From: Barthelona sp. PAP020
Lineage: Eukaryota
NCBI GenBank assembly: GCA_040182905.1
Contig: JARQWU010000053.1
Coordinates: forward strand, 1-47,368
Direction: 5' to 3'
Length of the DNA: 47,368 nt
This document shows, in pieces, positions 18,081 to 29,831 of the stretch. A model generated the notes under the pieces. It was not told the DNA's origin. It was given only the letters and a program-made list of their open reading frames with translations, and did not search any database. A program made the position numbers and the translations under genes. The number at the start of each line of letters is the position of its first letter. The first letter of the stretch is position 1.

Positions 18081-21000
18081 TTAATCATCAGTTGTTGCAA
18101 CGATATTGATCATTGCATCTTCTTTTTGACCTAAAGCTTGTTTACATTTTGCTCTCAATAACAATACAGATTTATCATTGGAAGCAAAAGCATGTTTTTG
18201 AATCAATTCATCCAACTGTTCTATTGCACTCAAATATTTGTTTTGCAGGAACAACAAAGACGCAAAATTGAATTTAAAACTAAATAAAAGATAATCTGGA
18301 ATGTTTGAAATGATCTTCCGCTTTGTATCAATATGTTTGATCAAAGATATGTTACTGATAATCTTCTTATCATGTGGATGATCAGGAATCAAATAATCCA
18401 AAAGAACGTTTTGAGCATGTTTGTAAAATCTCATTTGAGTGAAAGCAAGAACTTTTAAGTTGTCAAAAATCAATAAAATATAGGTTGTTTTTTTGAATTC
18501 ACCGTCTATTTTGAATAGTTGTTGGATTTCTTTGTCAAAGAGTAACGCATGAGGGAATAGTTCGTCATTTGTTTGTAAGAAGTTTGATTTCACACTTGAT
18601 TGTTTTAGGAAATGCAGTTCAATAAACTTAAATAGTATAGTCAACGATTCTCTTGGATGTTTAGCATGTAACTCAGCCATTGCGAGAAGGATATAAGGTA
18701 AAGGAAAGTATGGTTCTTTATCAATGACCTCTAAACAGTTTTTTGTAAGTATTTGATAATGACCATTGAAATAGTTTGCAACCAGCCGATTTAATTCATC
18801 GAAATATTTGAAAAATTTCTTTAGCTTGTCTTCTAAACTGATGTCTGTTGACATTGTTAATACTACAGCCTTTTTCTCTGAATCACTTTGATTCATATCC
18901 ACAGTACTGACGATTTCATATGAATTTGAGTTATTAACATCTGTAGCATTAGGCTCAGGGCTGGTAATGGATTCATTTCTTTCTTCATTTTCATAGTCCT
19001 TGTTTGGATCCTCAAGATCTTTCATTGATTGTTTTGATATTCCCAACTCACAAAATATGTTAAAAGGACTGTCAATAAAATAACCGTCGGCATAAAAATC
19101 ATGCACAACTTCGATAAAGCCAAAATTATTTTGTATATGTTTGTTGAAGTACAATTGTTGTGTTAGAACTTGTTTTAGCATTGATCGATGCATTTTATCT
19201 ATCTTGAATAACATGTCCAATGTCTTTATAGCTTTTGTTTCTTCTCGTTGTTCATCTTGTTTCTCTTCATTATTTTCAATTCTGTCATCAGAAGGAATGT
19301 ATTGTTGTTGTACTTGGTGGGCTAAACCCTTGTTAATAGCCAGGAAAAGTCGGTCACTGGTACTATGTTTATCTTCGAGCATCATTCTATTCATCCTGAC
19401 AGTTCTGGGACGATTGCTCTTTGAAATAATCAATGGTGAAGGTGGTGAAGGTTGAATTTCATCATCAAGATAACTTGTTTTAACCTTAATATCCAAAGAA
19501 GTATCAACAGTACTGATATGAAACTTTTCAATTCCAGCCTTTTTTTCAGTAAACTCTTGTAAGATTCGATTTAGATTGCTTCTACTGCTCGGCTTGTCAT
19601 AGAGATCGATGGTACCCTCAACTAACTCATTTGCTCTCAATATCACTTGGAACTTTTCATAATTATTTTTCAGATTAGATCTGATGATTTGAGATGCATA
19701 ATTTACCCAAATTTTAGTATCATAGGGGAATAAACGAGCCAAATGATGGTATAACTTTAATCCTTTTTCAAAGTCTTGATTGGTCGAAATGCTTGTGTAA
19801 ATATCTGCTTTCATGGTTTTTACAAGGTATTTTTGATTAAATGTTTGCGGATTAACTTCATTTATGACTTTTAAGGCCTTGTCATTGCACTTAGCACATT
19901 TATATACATTGGCTAGGAACAATTGAAGTCTAGCAGTGTAAGCTTTCGACAATTTTAATTCCAGTATAGTCAATAGGTCTCTAGCCGCTTCATCAAACAA
20001 TTTCAATTTCAGGTAAATGAGACTTCTGTTGAATAGAATATTAGCTTTCATCAGCAAATTATCAACACTAATCACGTTTGTTTCAGTGTTTTTATCATTA
20101 TCATTATCGTTTTCCTCTTCATTACTCAAATTATTTTGTCGGTTGGTGTTTTCCATTGAACATTCCAACAACAACAACCCAATGCCGTAATCTCGCAAAA
20201 CACGTCGCACATATGTTGGATTTTTGTACTGGTGCTTGTAACGAGAGTGTGCCCTCAAATCTAGCTGTTGCAATGTCATAGCTAAAGAAGAATCAGCAAT
20301 GTTGAAAGTATAAGGCAACTTCGAGTGATAATACTTCTGTTGAATGTCATATACATAAGGGTTGATATGTTTTCCTTTGGTAAGAGATGAATAGCTATCA
20401 TCTATATTCTCCAAATAAAATTTTTGAAAAATTACAGCACGCTTTAAATAGAGCCCTGATAATTTTAATTTTGAGAAGTTGATGGGAATGGTAACCAGAA
20501 CATTGCTGATATCAGTTAACGAAGCTAAAGAATTTCCAAAGAAAAACTCAACGCACGCTCTTAATATCTTTGCTTGTTTATTTGCTGGATCCAAAACCAG
20601 ACAGTTATGCAGGCACATTCTTGAGAAATCCAAATTTTTTTCCAAGAGACTTATCAGCGTAAGGTAATACAAGGCGTTTGCCACAAAGTTTTTGCTTGAC
20701 GTCAGGATGTCGTCATGACAAAAATACTTAGCAATGGCATAACACTTGCTACCCAACAAATAACAATCAAACAAAGCCTGTTTTCCACAATCTTCCCTCT
20801 TCAATTTTAACAAACAACGACCTTTGTACATCAAGCTCTTTAAAATTAAAAGTACATCATTGAAGAAGCGTTGTAATTGCTGAACGTTGAACTTTTGCAA
20901 ACTTTTTATAAATTTGGTCGAAGCTATTGATAAGGCACCGCCTGACTTTTTTGTCTGTTTTTTCTTTGATTTCTTCAATGGTTTCTTTTTCACTTCTTTT

Positions 21001-24000
21001 TCTTTTGGTTTTGACAAAGCAATATTTTCTCTATGTACCAAAAGAATGTTGAAATGCTCCCATTCAATTGGTATTTTTGCCTTCAACAACTTCAAAAATA
21101 GCTCTTCATAAAAATCGAGAATTCTGAGGCTCAAACTGTATGACTCAACGTAGTTGGCGTTTTTGAAAGAAACATCAGATTGATAACTCAGACTGATGAT
21201 ATTTAGCCCTTTATTTTGAAGAATCTTGAAATTTGCTAAAGCTTCTGACATTTCACCAATTCTAGTTTTGATTATTCCCAAAAATAAATAAATCTGATTT
21301 GCTAAAGCTGTTCTTTGTTGATTGAATGAAACTATACTATCATAGATGTAGTTTCTCAATATGATATCTTCTTTCACTTTGGGTAGAATATCTCTAACTT
21401 TCAAAGACCTCAAAGGGTTGAGATTTTGTCTCAACGATAAAGTAACAGGATCATTTGGTAACACATCAGCATTTTTTTGAAAAAAGCCTCGCATTACTGA
21501 ATCAATCCCAGTGGTAAACATTCTGTCAATTTCCACTAAACGTTGTAGAATTGACATGGATGTTTCTTTACGATCCAAGAAGAATGAGATTTTTGCATTG
21601 GCCAAACCAAAAGTGTATAAAGCAAGAATCAATCCAAAAGCTTGTGGATTATAATACTTTGACTCAATGTCTGTTAAAAAATTATCAAAATATGGTTTCA
21701 AAAACCATGAAGTATTTGCCATATAAAAAGTGAGATCTTCCAAAAATTCAATAATCGTTGAAGTTGTATCAGGTAATTGATGATACTCAGTTCTTCTTAA
21801 ATTAATACTCTGTTTAACAGGCTTTGGATAAAGGAAATCATTGATTTCCTTTTGTATTCCATTGCTTTTAATCATTTGATTTTCCAAGCATGTTTCCAAT
21901 TCAAATTTCTTTGATTCATCATCCATTGACAAATTGTTTGAATCAAAATTGCTGCTCACATTCTGCATTTTCTTTTTATGGGCGTTACTCATCGATAATA
22001 ACAACGTAGGACCTTCTTCATCAGAGAAGATGATTTCTTGATCGCTTTCATCATCCTCATCATCGTCACAAACGAATTCTAACTGTTTCCAATCAGCATC
22101 ATGATCAAGATCTGAAATGATCTCACTGGATACTTCACAATGTTCAAACTGTAACGATCTGTTGATTTGGTGAAACCTTTCACTAGTATATTCCGTAAAC
22201 CGATTGTATATGCCATCAACTTGTAAAAATGCATTATTCATCAAGATCTGCAGATCACTCGAACAACGACGAATCAAATAACTCATTTCAGTATTTTTTT
22301 GAAATATGTGTTGACTATTCAAAACAGATTTTTTATAAAACAGGAAATCAGGTGACTGTCCAACAGTGTCATCAAACCTATGTTTTGAAACCAGAGTTTT
22401 TGATAAAACATGAGACTTGCTAAATCTCGCCAGCTTTGCTTCAGCAAATATTCTTGTTGGAAGTCTTGAAACCATTTGAAACAAGCAAAAATAGCATTTT
22501 GCCCTAAAATAACGAAGATTGTTATCATTTGGCTTTATCCTCAAATTTCGAGTCAAAATATTGATTTGAGCCACAACGTTTTCTTGTTTAATGTGATGTT
22601 CAAACAAAGACTTCAAACAAATGGAATTCTTAGGCTTATTCTTCATTACAGATTGTGATATTTTTTCATAATAGATCGAAGCATGAAAATCATCATTTAG
22701 TTCATTACAACTGACTGCTATAAAAAGACAAACAATATCTAGAAGGTTATCGATGGTATTGTTCATAGAACTTTGTTTTTTCGTGATAAAATTGAATAAC
22801 TCAACATAGGAGCTTCCTCTTATTCCTATTCCTCTATTGATATTAAATGAAGAAGAAGAAGAAGAATCTGAGGAACTATGTTGGATCATGGTATCATCAT
22901 GAGTTTGCAAAAAGAAGGTGGTATCAGGATGTAACTCCAGGTCAATCATGCTAAAAGGCTGTAAAAGATCCTTTTCAATACTCATCATGTTGATAGCTCT
23001 TTCCCTTAATCTCAAATTTTTATTTTCTTCAATTTTTTCACGATATTCTTCAAGCTTCATTTTTAACTGTTTCTTCTTGTTTAAAAGTATCTTCTCAACT
23101 CTAAAACCAATGAATTTAATCGATTTTACACTTGCAACCATTGTTTCATTGAAGTTTTTCAATAAATCTTCTTGTATAAAGATTTGCAAATTGTTTAATC
23201 GATTTTGAATGGATTCATCAGTTTTCAAATCAAAAGTACAATTTAACTCCACATTAAAAAGTCTTCTAAAGTCAACACTCTTACCAAAATTTGAAATTTG
23301 ATCTCCAACAAACAAGTACCTTCTGTATACAAGTAACAAACACATGTTTGCTAAAACGTTATTGGGTTCACTCAATAGAATGCTGGAAAAATATCTTCTT
23401 GCTTTGCTAAGATATAATTTTCCCCTCTCATAATTCTTCAAGATTAAAAAGAATAATTTCTTCAAACGAAAGTACGTTTCAAATAAATATTGTTCGTTCA
23501 AATGGAGATCGTATATCACTCTCAAGATTCTTCTACGATCATCCAAAGCTAATCTACCAAAACCAAATATTGTATGTGCTGGTTTAATTTTCTCAATTGA
23601 ATTCATTCCTTCAAACATACTTTTCAAATGTTTTTCAAATTTTTGAAACTGTTCAACAAAAATAATGACGTAATTTTCCAATTTCAAATCAAATTTCTGG
23701 TTGATGTTGAGAGAAATCAACCCGTTCACCAACAAAATTTCATTTTGGGTGGTGTAGATCAACGAATCTTCCTTCTTTAATTTTTGAATCTTCTGAAAGA
23801 TCTTGGAAGGAACATGAAACTCTTTTCTACTGGATATTTCAAGCTGTTTTTCCAAATCTAATGTAGATTGACGATGGACAATGATCCTAGAATGAAACTC
23901 TTTGATGAAACTGAAGTTATAATCAGTATAAAGTGACACTCTCTTTGAAGTGATATACGCGGCATTTACTAGTGTTTTGAACAATTCACAATCCGGTTCA

Positions 24001-27000
24001 ATATAACCAACAGCAACATCATTTTGTTTAGAATTTAAAAGAGTTAAGTAATTATCTTTGGACTCAAATCTTTTGGAATGACGGAAGAGAACTTCTAACC
24101 GAAGGATTTCTTTTGAATTAAAAATAACTGAATATAAATAAGCCTGTAAGAAGGATACAAACTTGAATTGCTTTTCATATTTATGTAAAGTTGCTGAATT
24201 TGAATCGATCAGGAAAAACTGAAAGAATTCACCTATTGTGATGTCTTTTTCAATTTTCTTTTTAATAACCGATAAATCAATTAAATCAATCATTAGATTG
24301 TTCAATAATAATTCACATATTTTGTAGACTTCCAAAGTTGATTTAAATAACTTGTTTTGAAAGAAAAAAATGCCTAACTTGTAGAGCACTTTGACTAACA
24401 AATGCAGTAACGTCTTGAATAAACGTGCTTGATCAACTTTTTTCTTTAAAAATAAGCATAATACTTCAGAACCACAATCAATCAATTTAATGATCAATTT
24501 CAAGGGTTTCATTAGGATCTTTAAAGACTCATCAGAATTTCCAATATTTTCAAACCTATCTTTGTTAAACACAAAATTAAAATTCGGATTTAAGCTGTTT
24601 TCAAATGTAAAAGGATTATTATTATTGTTTGATGATCTTCCAGTGTCTAACCCTGAAATTTTAGGACTTAATTGAGGACTTGTATTAGGTGTTGCAACTG
24701 GAGTCACTGCTGATTCTAATCGTTCTAGACTATGTCTAAACGATTCATTCAATTGTAACTTACAACTTTTTTTGGAAAAGTCTATCGTATTATTCAAAAA
24801 AATTCCACACAAAACACAACCTAATTCAAAGCTCTTAAAACACTGTTGTACAGCAACACTTTTATTTCCATTCAATTCATAATATCCACTTAACTTATAC
24901 AGTAATGACATTTTAATCAAATTGTCTTTAATAGTCTTATTTTCACGTTGTTCAATCAAATTATTCAGTAATTTGATCGATTTATGCTCATATCCATCCA
25001 ATAATAATCTTTTTGAATGTAATACAACAGCATGAACACTGGAAGAATGTATTTCTAAGATGGCTTCAATGATACGATTCAATTGACTATTTGACAATTT
25101 TGATTTTTTCATTTCTAACAGCAATAACGCAACTTTTGCTAATCTACTTCTTGATAGACACACTCTTTTGTTCAATTCAATCAATTGTTGTTTAATATGT
25201 TGAATTTCTAACATCTTTTGTCGTTCAGCAACTTTTGCTTCAACATTCTCATGTTCATGTTCTTTGTTGGCTTTTGTAGAATTCTCTACAGATTTGTTTA
25301 ATGTTGATAATTTCCTCTGCAAAAACAAAATACGTTCCATATTAGAATGAATGGCTGACTCTGAAAGTGAAAACACTTGTAATAAATCATCTTGTGCTTC
25401 TTTCAACATTCCCAAAACCTGAAATATCCTTCCTCTAAACAAATATGCAGTGACTAAAGTGGGGGCAAAATTTATAGCTTCATTACATTCTAAGATAGCA
25501 TATTTGAATAGTCTTTGAGAAAGTAAGTATTGGGCATGTTCGATAAATTCACGATAAGTTTCAAAAATGATAACGCAATCAAACTTTTCAGAATTTTCGT
25601 CAACAGTTTTTACTTTTTTGTTGGGTTGACTAAGTTTATCATCCACTGGATTGACATTGATATTAGCTTCAGCATTAATATCAGCTTCAGATACCGAATT
25701 TGCTATTTCTTTCCTCAAGCTAGCGTTACTCCTGTTTGTGCTAGCACTGAATCCACGTCTCTTTTTACCAATGTTTTCACGAATCTCTTGAATTGTTTTC
25801 ACAGGAATATTTTTCCCACAAAACGTTTTATACCGTGTAAAAAAACGTAAATTTTGAGTTTGATTTGCAAAAGGAAACACATAATCAGCAAGATTTAAAT
25901 GCTTTTTTAACTTGTTTAAGGCATCAATAACTGGTTTTGTTGGTCGTTTTTTTCCCGCCATTATATAATTTTCACGATAAAATAATTCCACGATGCAATA
26001 GGAAAATGAATCGGTATCATCCAAAAAATCCAAGGGGTTTTGAAACACATCATTAGCAAATTGGTCATCAGAATATACAGAAAGGTCAGAGACACTCAAA
26101 GCTTGATCCCTATTGTCGAGAATTGAACCAGTAATGTCAGAATTAGCAAATGAATCATCGTGATACAAAGTAGAACCGGAATCATTAATATTCGATGATT
26201 TCATAGATCTCAGTATCTGATTGAATGAGAAATGTAGCGGATTATCAAAGCCTTCATATTCGTCAGCTTGTAACAAAATTGATTCTTGTTGCACCTCAGG
26301 TGTTTTGATTAAATTACTGAGATGGGACGAATTCTTTTGATTTATCTTCATGTTTTTCAAATGTAATAGATCAATTCCATTTTCAGTAAAAGATAATACA
26401 GAAGGGGGTAAGAAAATATGTGTAGCCAAAGCAGACTTATATAATAAGGGTCGAAAGAATTGAGAAATGGACATTCTTAATCCACTAGCAAGCGACTCAG
26501 CAGATACATATTGTTGGGCAGTATTAAAATTTGAATTTTCCCTGGTAAGAATCAATTCTTCACGTGCTTCTCTTTTTTCTCGTTTTTTGGAATTTTTGAA
26601 AGATTTATCCAGATCATTGATCAAGTACTTTTGTGATTGTGAAGGAGTATTGACTGCAGAGTTAACTCCAGTAGCTACATTGCTTTTTACTTCAACACCA
26701 TCTTGAAAAATGGTGAAAGCATTCTTTGAGTTATCATCAATTCCAGGTATTCCTTCATGAATTTTCAAATCCAAGGACTCATTTGCCTTTAATGCAGCCT
26801 TTGAACTGAAGTGGTCCCAGTTGATTGGGACGTCGTGATGTTTATTAAGCTCATACGCTAACAACTTAAGTTTTTTGGAATGTTTTGAATCCATTTCTCC
26901 ATCACTATGACTCGATTCATCCAAATATTTTTTGATTGTATGAGAAACATTATACTCCATGTGGTTTCTTTCAACCAATAAATTGTTTCGAATCTTTGAA

Positions 27001-29732
27001 TACTGTGTAATTTCAGAATCAGACTCAATCACATCTTCTTCCAAACCAACATCAATAATTTTGTGTTTTGCGGTTAATAGCCCAAGTTCATATCTTCCAA
27101 TGTATTGATTTGTTTTGTAATATTGAATTAATGCTTTAAAATATTTAACAATATCATATGGATGCGCAGTGATTCTGCTGCGTTCTCTACAATAAACCAT
27201 TTTATTAGTTTTAGCAGATTTATTTAGTTTACTCAAATGAATCTCTTCAGCATCAGTCAATTCCTCTGAAATAGAATCTATCATTTCAAAAACACTATCA
27301 AAATCAGCGGTATACGTACTATTTGGCGTATTAGGCTTGTTTGTGTATAAAGAAAAGTGATGATTTGGCGATAATGCTAAATCAGTGCCATCCTCATCTC
27401 CAGACATAACAGAAAATAACTCCATATTATTTCCAACATCTTCGTTCATATCAACAATGTTACTACCTCCACCATTGTCAACATTGTCTGATTTGTTACT
27501 CAAACCAACTGTACTGCTTGAACCAGTTTTTCCCATCTGTTGTGAGGTCCAAGTTTGCATTAACTGATCTGCAAAGATCAATGTTCCATGCAACATACCT
27601 GAATCTAATGAGCCAACAACCAAAGGCCCAATACAACCCCATTGTCCGTTATGAATAATATGTAAATCATCAAGAAAATCAAGCTCAGGAGATGTCAAAT
27701 AACTCTCCATTTCCTTCAAAATTTCATCCCCATAATTAAGAATAATTCTACCATCCTTTTCAATTCTCATGTCTTCCCAAATTTTCTTCATATCATTGAA
27801 AACGTCAAGACGATTGTTAGTTTCATATTCTAACATAGTTTGTTGAAACATAAATCGACGAATTCGATGAATAAAGATATCAACAACAAGTTTTGGTGGT
27901 ACAGTTTCAGGTAAACCATCATCTGCTTGTGCAACAAACTCAAATATATTCATTGGATCATCAATAATTTCAAACTCTATGCCATCACTGAAAGTTAGCA
28001 GTGAAATTTCTTGCAAACGGGTTTCTCCATTCAATTGTAACATAGCTGAAGCTAACATCATCGAATGATCAATTTTTGTATCAACCAACCCTCTAGCACG
28101 GAATATATCAATAATACTCTTTTGAATGATTAAGGATTGTTTGTCTTTTTGAAATTTCTTTGCATTAATTTTGTTTGTTGTATCGTATTCATCACCATTG
28201 TCATAAGTATCAAAAAATACCGCAGAATTATCAATTTTGCTGGTATCAAAGATAATACCATCAGTTTCATACGCATCTCTACTCATATTTGGATCATTTG
28301 AAGCAAATTCATTATCTAAATGGTCAATAAAAGAAATACTATCTTCCGAATATTGATGTATCAGTCTGTTGACAATTTTCTTTCCACGTTCTTCAGCAGA
28401 GGTGTGATGAATCACTTGATTCGGTAATAATATGTTCTTGATTAAATTCACCTCAGAAACAGATCGATCAAAAACTGGAGTCAATATTTGTTTCTCCTTT
28501 TCCGTCTTCTCAGATTTCTCTGATGGAGGAAATAATGAATCAGACGTTTTAAATGTTTGTTTCAAAGCCAATGAATTGGGATCCATATTTAACAGTTCAT
28601 TCATAATGTTTTTCTTGTATCTATTCGAGGCTTTGGCGGCTAATTCATCTCTTCTTGCTCTTTCTTTTTCACGTGAACTTTTTTTTGAAGTTTCAGGTCT
28701 GTCTTCATTATCCTTGTATATTTCCAATAAACTATTCATCAAAGGAGATGTCCTTTTTATTACATTTTGTGAGTTTCTGATGGTAGATTGAGTAAGAGGT
28801 CTAGTTGTTATCGATGAATTGTTAGAATGCATACTAAAGGAAGGAACAGTTCCTGGACGACTATAACGTGACGTAATTGTCCCAATATCTGTCCCAATAC
28901 TCAATCTGCTGTGTACTCGACCATTGTTGTTGCTATTATTTGGAAGCTCAATTGGACTAGAATCAATAGTCGGGCTAATAGAAAACAAATCTAACATCTC
29001 TTCATTTTGATACATCTTTAAAATGTTTTCATTAAAAATTTGTAAATTTACTAACGAAGTCAGCTCCTCATCCTTAAGATTTAGCCCCTTTAAACGATCT
29101 TCTACAATATCTATAAACCCCAAAGATATACCATTAGTCTGTAATAGATGTCTCCAAGCATGCATATCTCTTTGTAACTTATTTGCTTGTACACGTCTAC
29201 GATTCCTACTAGGAATGTTCTTTAAGGCTATCGTCTTTTGACCAACTTTTTGCAGGGAATTTACAAATTCACTGCTTGGATCTTCTAATTTCGTTTGACT
29301 ATTGCTGCGACTGTGTAATGAAGCACTTGAAGCAGAGGATAAAAAGGAACTTACAGATGATGAAACTTTCATAACTTCATTTGACTTCATGATATTCTGT
29401 AATAACTCTTTAACTTCCATATTTTGGTGATCTTCATCAATTTGAGAAAAAGTTTTATTCACATTTTCCACACTTTCTGTCAAATTATTATCAATTGTTT
29501 CATTTTCAACATCATTAGAAAAAAATTGATTAGATTCATCCATTGAAGAATCATCTTCGGGAGATGATAAACCAGCTAATGGTGCATCTTCTCGTCGAAA
29601 ATTGTCTTTTGATTCTCTAATGAAGTTTTTAATCAGAGGTTTTTCACTGGAAGGTGTTCGGTATATTAAAGCCTGAGGTTTTGAATCCACAACGAATATA
29701 AAATCTTTTCGTACATCATTAAAAGGTTGCAT
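18081..29732 (-). CDS. Giant intronless TPR-repeat protein, 3883 aa
   Basis: 11.65-kb uninterrupted ORF. Ser/Asn-rich N-terminal third, then dispersed TPR motifs (AILECNEAINFAPTLVTAYLFRGRIFQVLG, ILFNRSLIYLKLKLFDEAARDL, VLLLRAKCKQALGQKEDA). Confidence 0.9.
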   Translation of the reverse strand: MQPFNDVRKDFIFVVDSKPQALIYRTPSSEKPLIKNFIRESKDNFRREDAPLAGLSSPEDDSSMDESNQFFSNDVENETIDNNLTESVENVNKTFSQIDEDHQNMEVKELLQNIMKSNEVMKVSSSVSSFLSSASSASLHSRSNSQTKLEDPSSEFVNSLQKVGQKTIALKNIPSRNRRRVQANKLQRDMHAWRHLLQTNGISLGFIDIVEDRLKGLNLKDEELTSLVNLQIFNENILKMYQNEEMLDLFSISPTIDSSPIELPNNSNNNGRVHSRLSIGTDIGTITSRYSRPGTVPSFSMHSNNSSITTRPLTQSTIRNSQNVIKRTSPLMNSLLEIYKDNEDRPETSKKSSREKERARRDELAAKASNRYKKNIMNELLNMDPNSLALKQTFKTSDSLFPPSEKSEKTEKEKQILTPVFDRSVSEVNLIKNILLPNQVIHHTSAEERGKKIVNRLIHQYSEDSISFIDHLDNEFASNDPNMSRDAYETDGIIFDTSKIDNSAVFFDTYDNGDEYDTTNKINAKKFQKDKQSLIIQKSIIDIFRARGLVDTKIDHSMMLASAMLQLNGETRLQEISLLTFSDGIEFEIIDDPMNIFEFVAQADDGLPETVPPKLVVDIFIHRIRRFMFQQTMLEYETNNRLDVFNDMKKIWEDMRIEKDGRIILNYGDEILKEMESYLTSPELDFLDDLHIIHNGQWGCIGPLVVGSLDSGMLHGTLIFADQLMQTWTSQQMGKTGSSSTVGLSNKSDNVDNGGGSNIVDMNEDVGNNMELFSVMSGDEDGTDLALSPNHHFSLYTNKPNTPNSTYTADFDSVFEMIDSISEELTDAEEIHLSKLNKSAKTNKMVYCRERSRITAHPYDIVKYFKALIQYYKTNQYIGRYELGLLTAKHKIIDVGLEEDVIESDSEITQYSKIRNNLLVERNHMEYNVSHTIKKYLDESSHSDGEMDSKHSKKLKLLAYELNKHHDVPINWDHFSSKAALKANESLDLKIHEGIPGIDDNSKNAFTIFQDGVEVKSNVATGVNSAVNTPSQSQKYLINDLDKSFKNSKKREKREAREELILTRENSNFNTAQQYVSAESLASGLRMSISQFFRPLLYKSALATHIFLPPSVLSFTENGIDLLHLKNMKINQKNSSHLSNLIKTPEVQQESILLQADEYEGFDNPLHFSFNQILRSMKSSNINDSGSTLYHDDSFANSDITGSILDNRDQALSVSDLSVYSDDQFANDVFQNPLDFLDDTDSFSYCIVELFYRENYIMAGKKRPTKPVIDALNKLKKHLNLADYVFPFANQTQNLRFFTRYKTFCGKNIPVKTIQEIRENIGKKRRGFSASTNRSNASLRKEIANSVSEADINAEANINVNPVDDKLSQPNKKVKTVDENSEKFDCVIIFETYREFIEHAQYLLSQRLFKYAILECNEAINFAPTLVTAYLFRGRIFQVLGMLKEAQDDLLQVFSLSESAIHSNMERILFLQRKLSTLNKSVENSTKANKEHEHENVEAKVAERQKMLEIQHIKQQLIELNKRVCLSRSRLAKVALLLLEMKKSKLSNSQLNRIIEAILEIHSSSVHAVVLHSKRLLLDGYEHKSIKLLNNLIEQRENKTIKDNLIKMSLLYKLSGYYELNGNKSVAVQQCFKSFELGCVLCGIFLNNTIDFSKKSCKLQLNESFRHSLERLESAVTPVATPNTSPQLSPKISGLDTGRSSNNNNNPFTFENSLNPNFNFVFNKDRFENIGNSDESLKILMKPLKLIIKLIDCGSEVLCLFLKKKVDQARLFKTLLHLLVKVLYKLGIFFFQNKLFKSTLEVYKICELLLNNLMIDLIDLSVIKKKIEKDITIGEFFQFFLIDSNSATLHKYEKQFKFVSFLQAYLYSVIFNSKEILRLEVLFRHSKRFESKDNYLTLLNSKQNDVAVGYIEPDCELFKTLVNAAYITSKRVSLYTDYNFSFIKEFHSRIIVHRQSTLDLEKQLEISSRKEFHVPSKIFQKIQKLKKEDSLIYTTQNEILLVNGLISLNINQKFDLKLENYVIIFVEQFQKFEKHLKSMFEGMNSIEKIKPAHTIFGFGRLALDDRRRILRVIYDLHLNEQYLFETYFRLKKLFFLILKNYERGKLYLSKARRYFSSILLSEPNNVLANMCLLLVYRRYLFVGDQISNFGKSVDFRRLFNVELNCTFDLKTDESIQNRLNNLQIFIQEDLLKNFNETMVASVKSIKFIGFRVEKILLNKKKQLKMKLEEYREKIEENKNLRLRERAINMMSIEKDLLQPFSMIDLELHPDTTFFLQTHDDTMIQHSSSDSSSSSSFNINRGIGIRGSSYVELFNFITKKQSSMNNTIDNLLDIVCLFIAVSCNELNDDFHASIYYEKISQSVMKNKPKNSICLKSLFEHHIKQENVVAQINILTRNLRIKPNDNNLRYFRAKCYFCLFQMVSRLPTRIFAEAKLARFSKSHVLSKTLVSKHRFDDTVGQSPDFLFYKKSVLNSQHIFQKNTEMSYLIRRCSSDLQILMNNAFLQVDGIYNRFTEYTSERFHQINRSLQFEHCEVSSEIISDLDHDADWKQLEFVCDDDEDDESDQEIIFSDEEGPTLLLSMSNAHKKKMQNVSSNFDSNNLSMDDESKKFELETCLENQMIKSNGIQKEINDFLYPKPVKQSINLRRTEYHQLPDTTSTIIEFLEDLTFYMANTSWFLKPYFDNFLTDIESKYYNPQAFGLILALYTFGLANAKISFFLDRKETSMSILQRLVEIDRMFTTGIDSVMRGFFQKNADVLPNDPVTLSLRQNLNPLRSLKVRDILPKVKEDIILRNYIYDSIVSFNQQRTALANQIYLFLGIIKTRIGEMSEALANFKILQNKGLNIISLSYQSDVSFKNANYVESYSLSLRILDFYEELFLKLLKAKIPIEWEHFNILLVHRENIALSKPKEKEVKKKPLKKSKKKQTKKSGGALSIASTKFIKSLQKFNVQQLQRFFNDVLLILKSLMYKGRCLLKLKREDCGKQALFDCYLLGSKCYAIAKYFCHDDILTSSKNFVANALYYLTLISLLEKNLDFSRMCLHNCLVLDPANKQAKILRACVEFFFGNSLASLTDISNVLVTIPINFSKLKLSGLYLKRAVIFQKFYLENIDDSYSSLTKGKHINPYVYDIQQKYYHSKLPYTFNIADSSLAMTLQQLDLRAHSRYKHQYKNPTYVRRVLRDYGIGLLLLECSMENTNRQNNLSNEEENDNDNDKNTETNVISVDNLLMKANILFNRSLIYLKLKLFDEAARDLLTILELKLSKAYTARLQLFLANVYKCAKCNDKALKVINEVNPQTFNQKYLVKTMKADIYTSISTNQDFEKGLKLYHHLARLFPYDTKIWVNYASQIIRSNLKNNYEKFQVILRANELVEGTIDLYDKPSSRSNLNRILQEFTEKKAGIEKFHISTVDTSLDIKVKTSYLDDEIQPSPPSPLIISKSNRPRTVRMNRMMLEDKHSTSDRLFLAINKGLAHQVQQQYIPSDDRIENNEEKQDEQREETKAIKTLDMLFKIDKMHRSMLKQVLTQQLYFNKHIQNNFGFIEVVHDFYADGYFIDSPFNIFCELGISKQSMKDLEDPNKDYENEERNESITSPEPNATDVNNSNSYEIVSTVDMNQSDSEKKAVVLTMSTDISLEDKLKKFFKYFDELNRLVANYFNGHYQILTKNCLEVIDKEPYFPLPYILLAMAELHAKHPRESLTILFKFIELHFLKQSSVKSNFLQTNDELFPHALLFDKEIQQLFKIDGEFKKTTYILLIFDNLKVLAFTQMRFYKHAQNVLLDYLIPDHPHDKKIISNISLIKHIDTKRKIISNIPDYLLFSFKFNFASLLFLQNKYLSAIEQLDELIQKHAFASNDKSVLLLRAKCKQALGQKEDAMINIVATTDD

Positions 29733-29831
29733 TGTTATAATTGTGGCCTCATCTCTATTTGAAAATAATTATTTAAAAAAAAGTATTATAGAATTTTTAT
29801 TCTTCATAATTTCATTTCAATTGTTTTGTTT

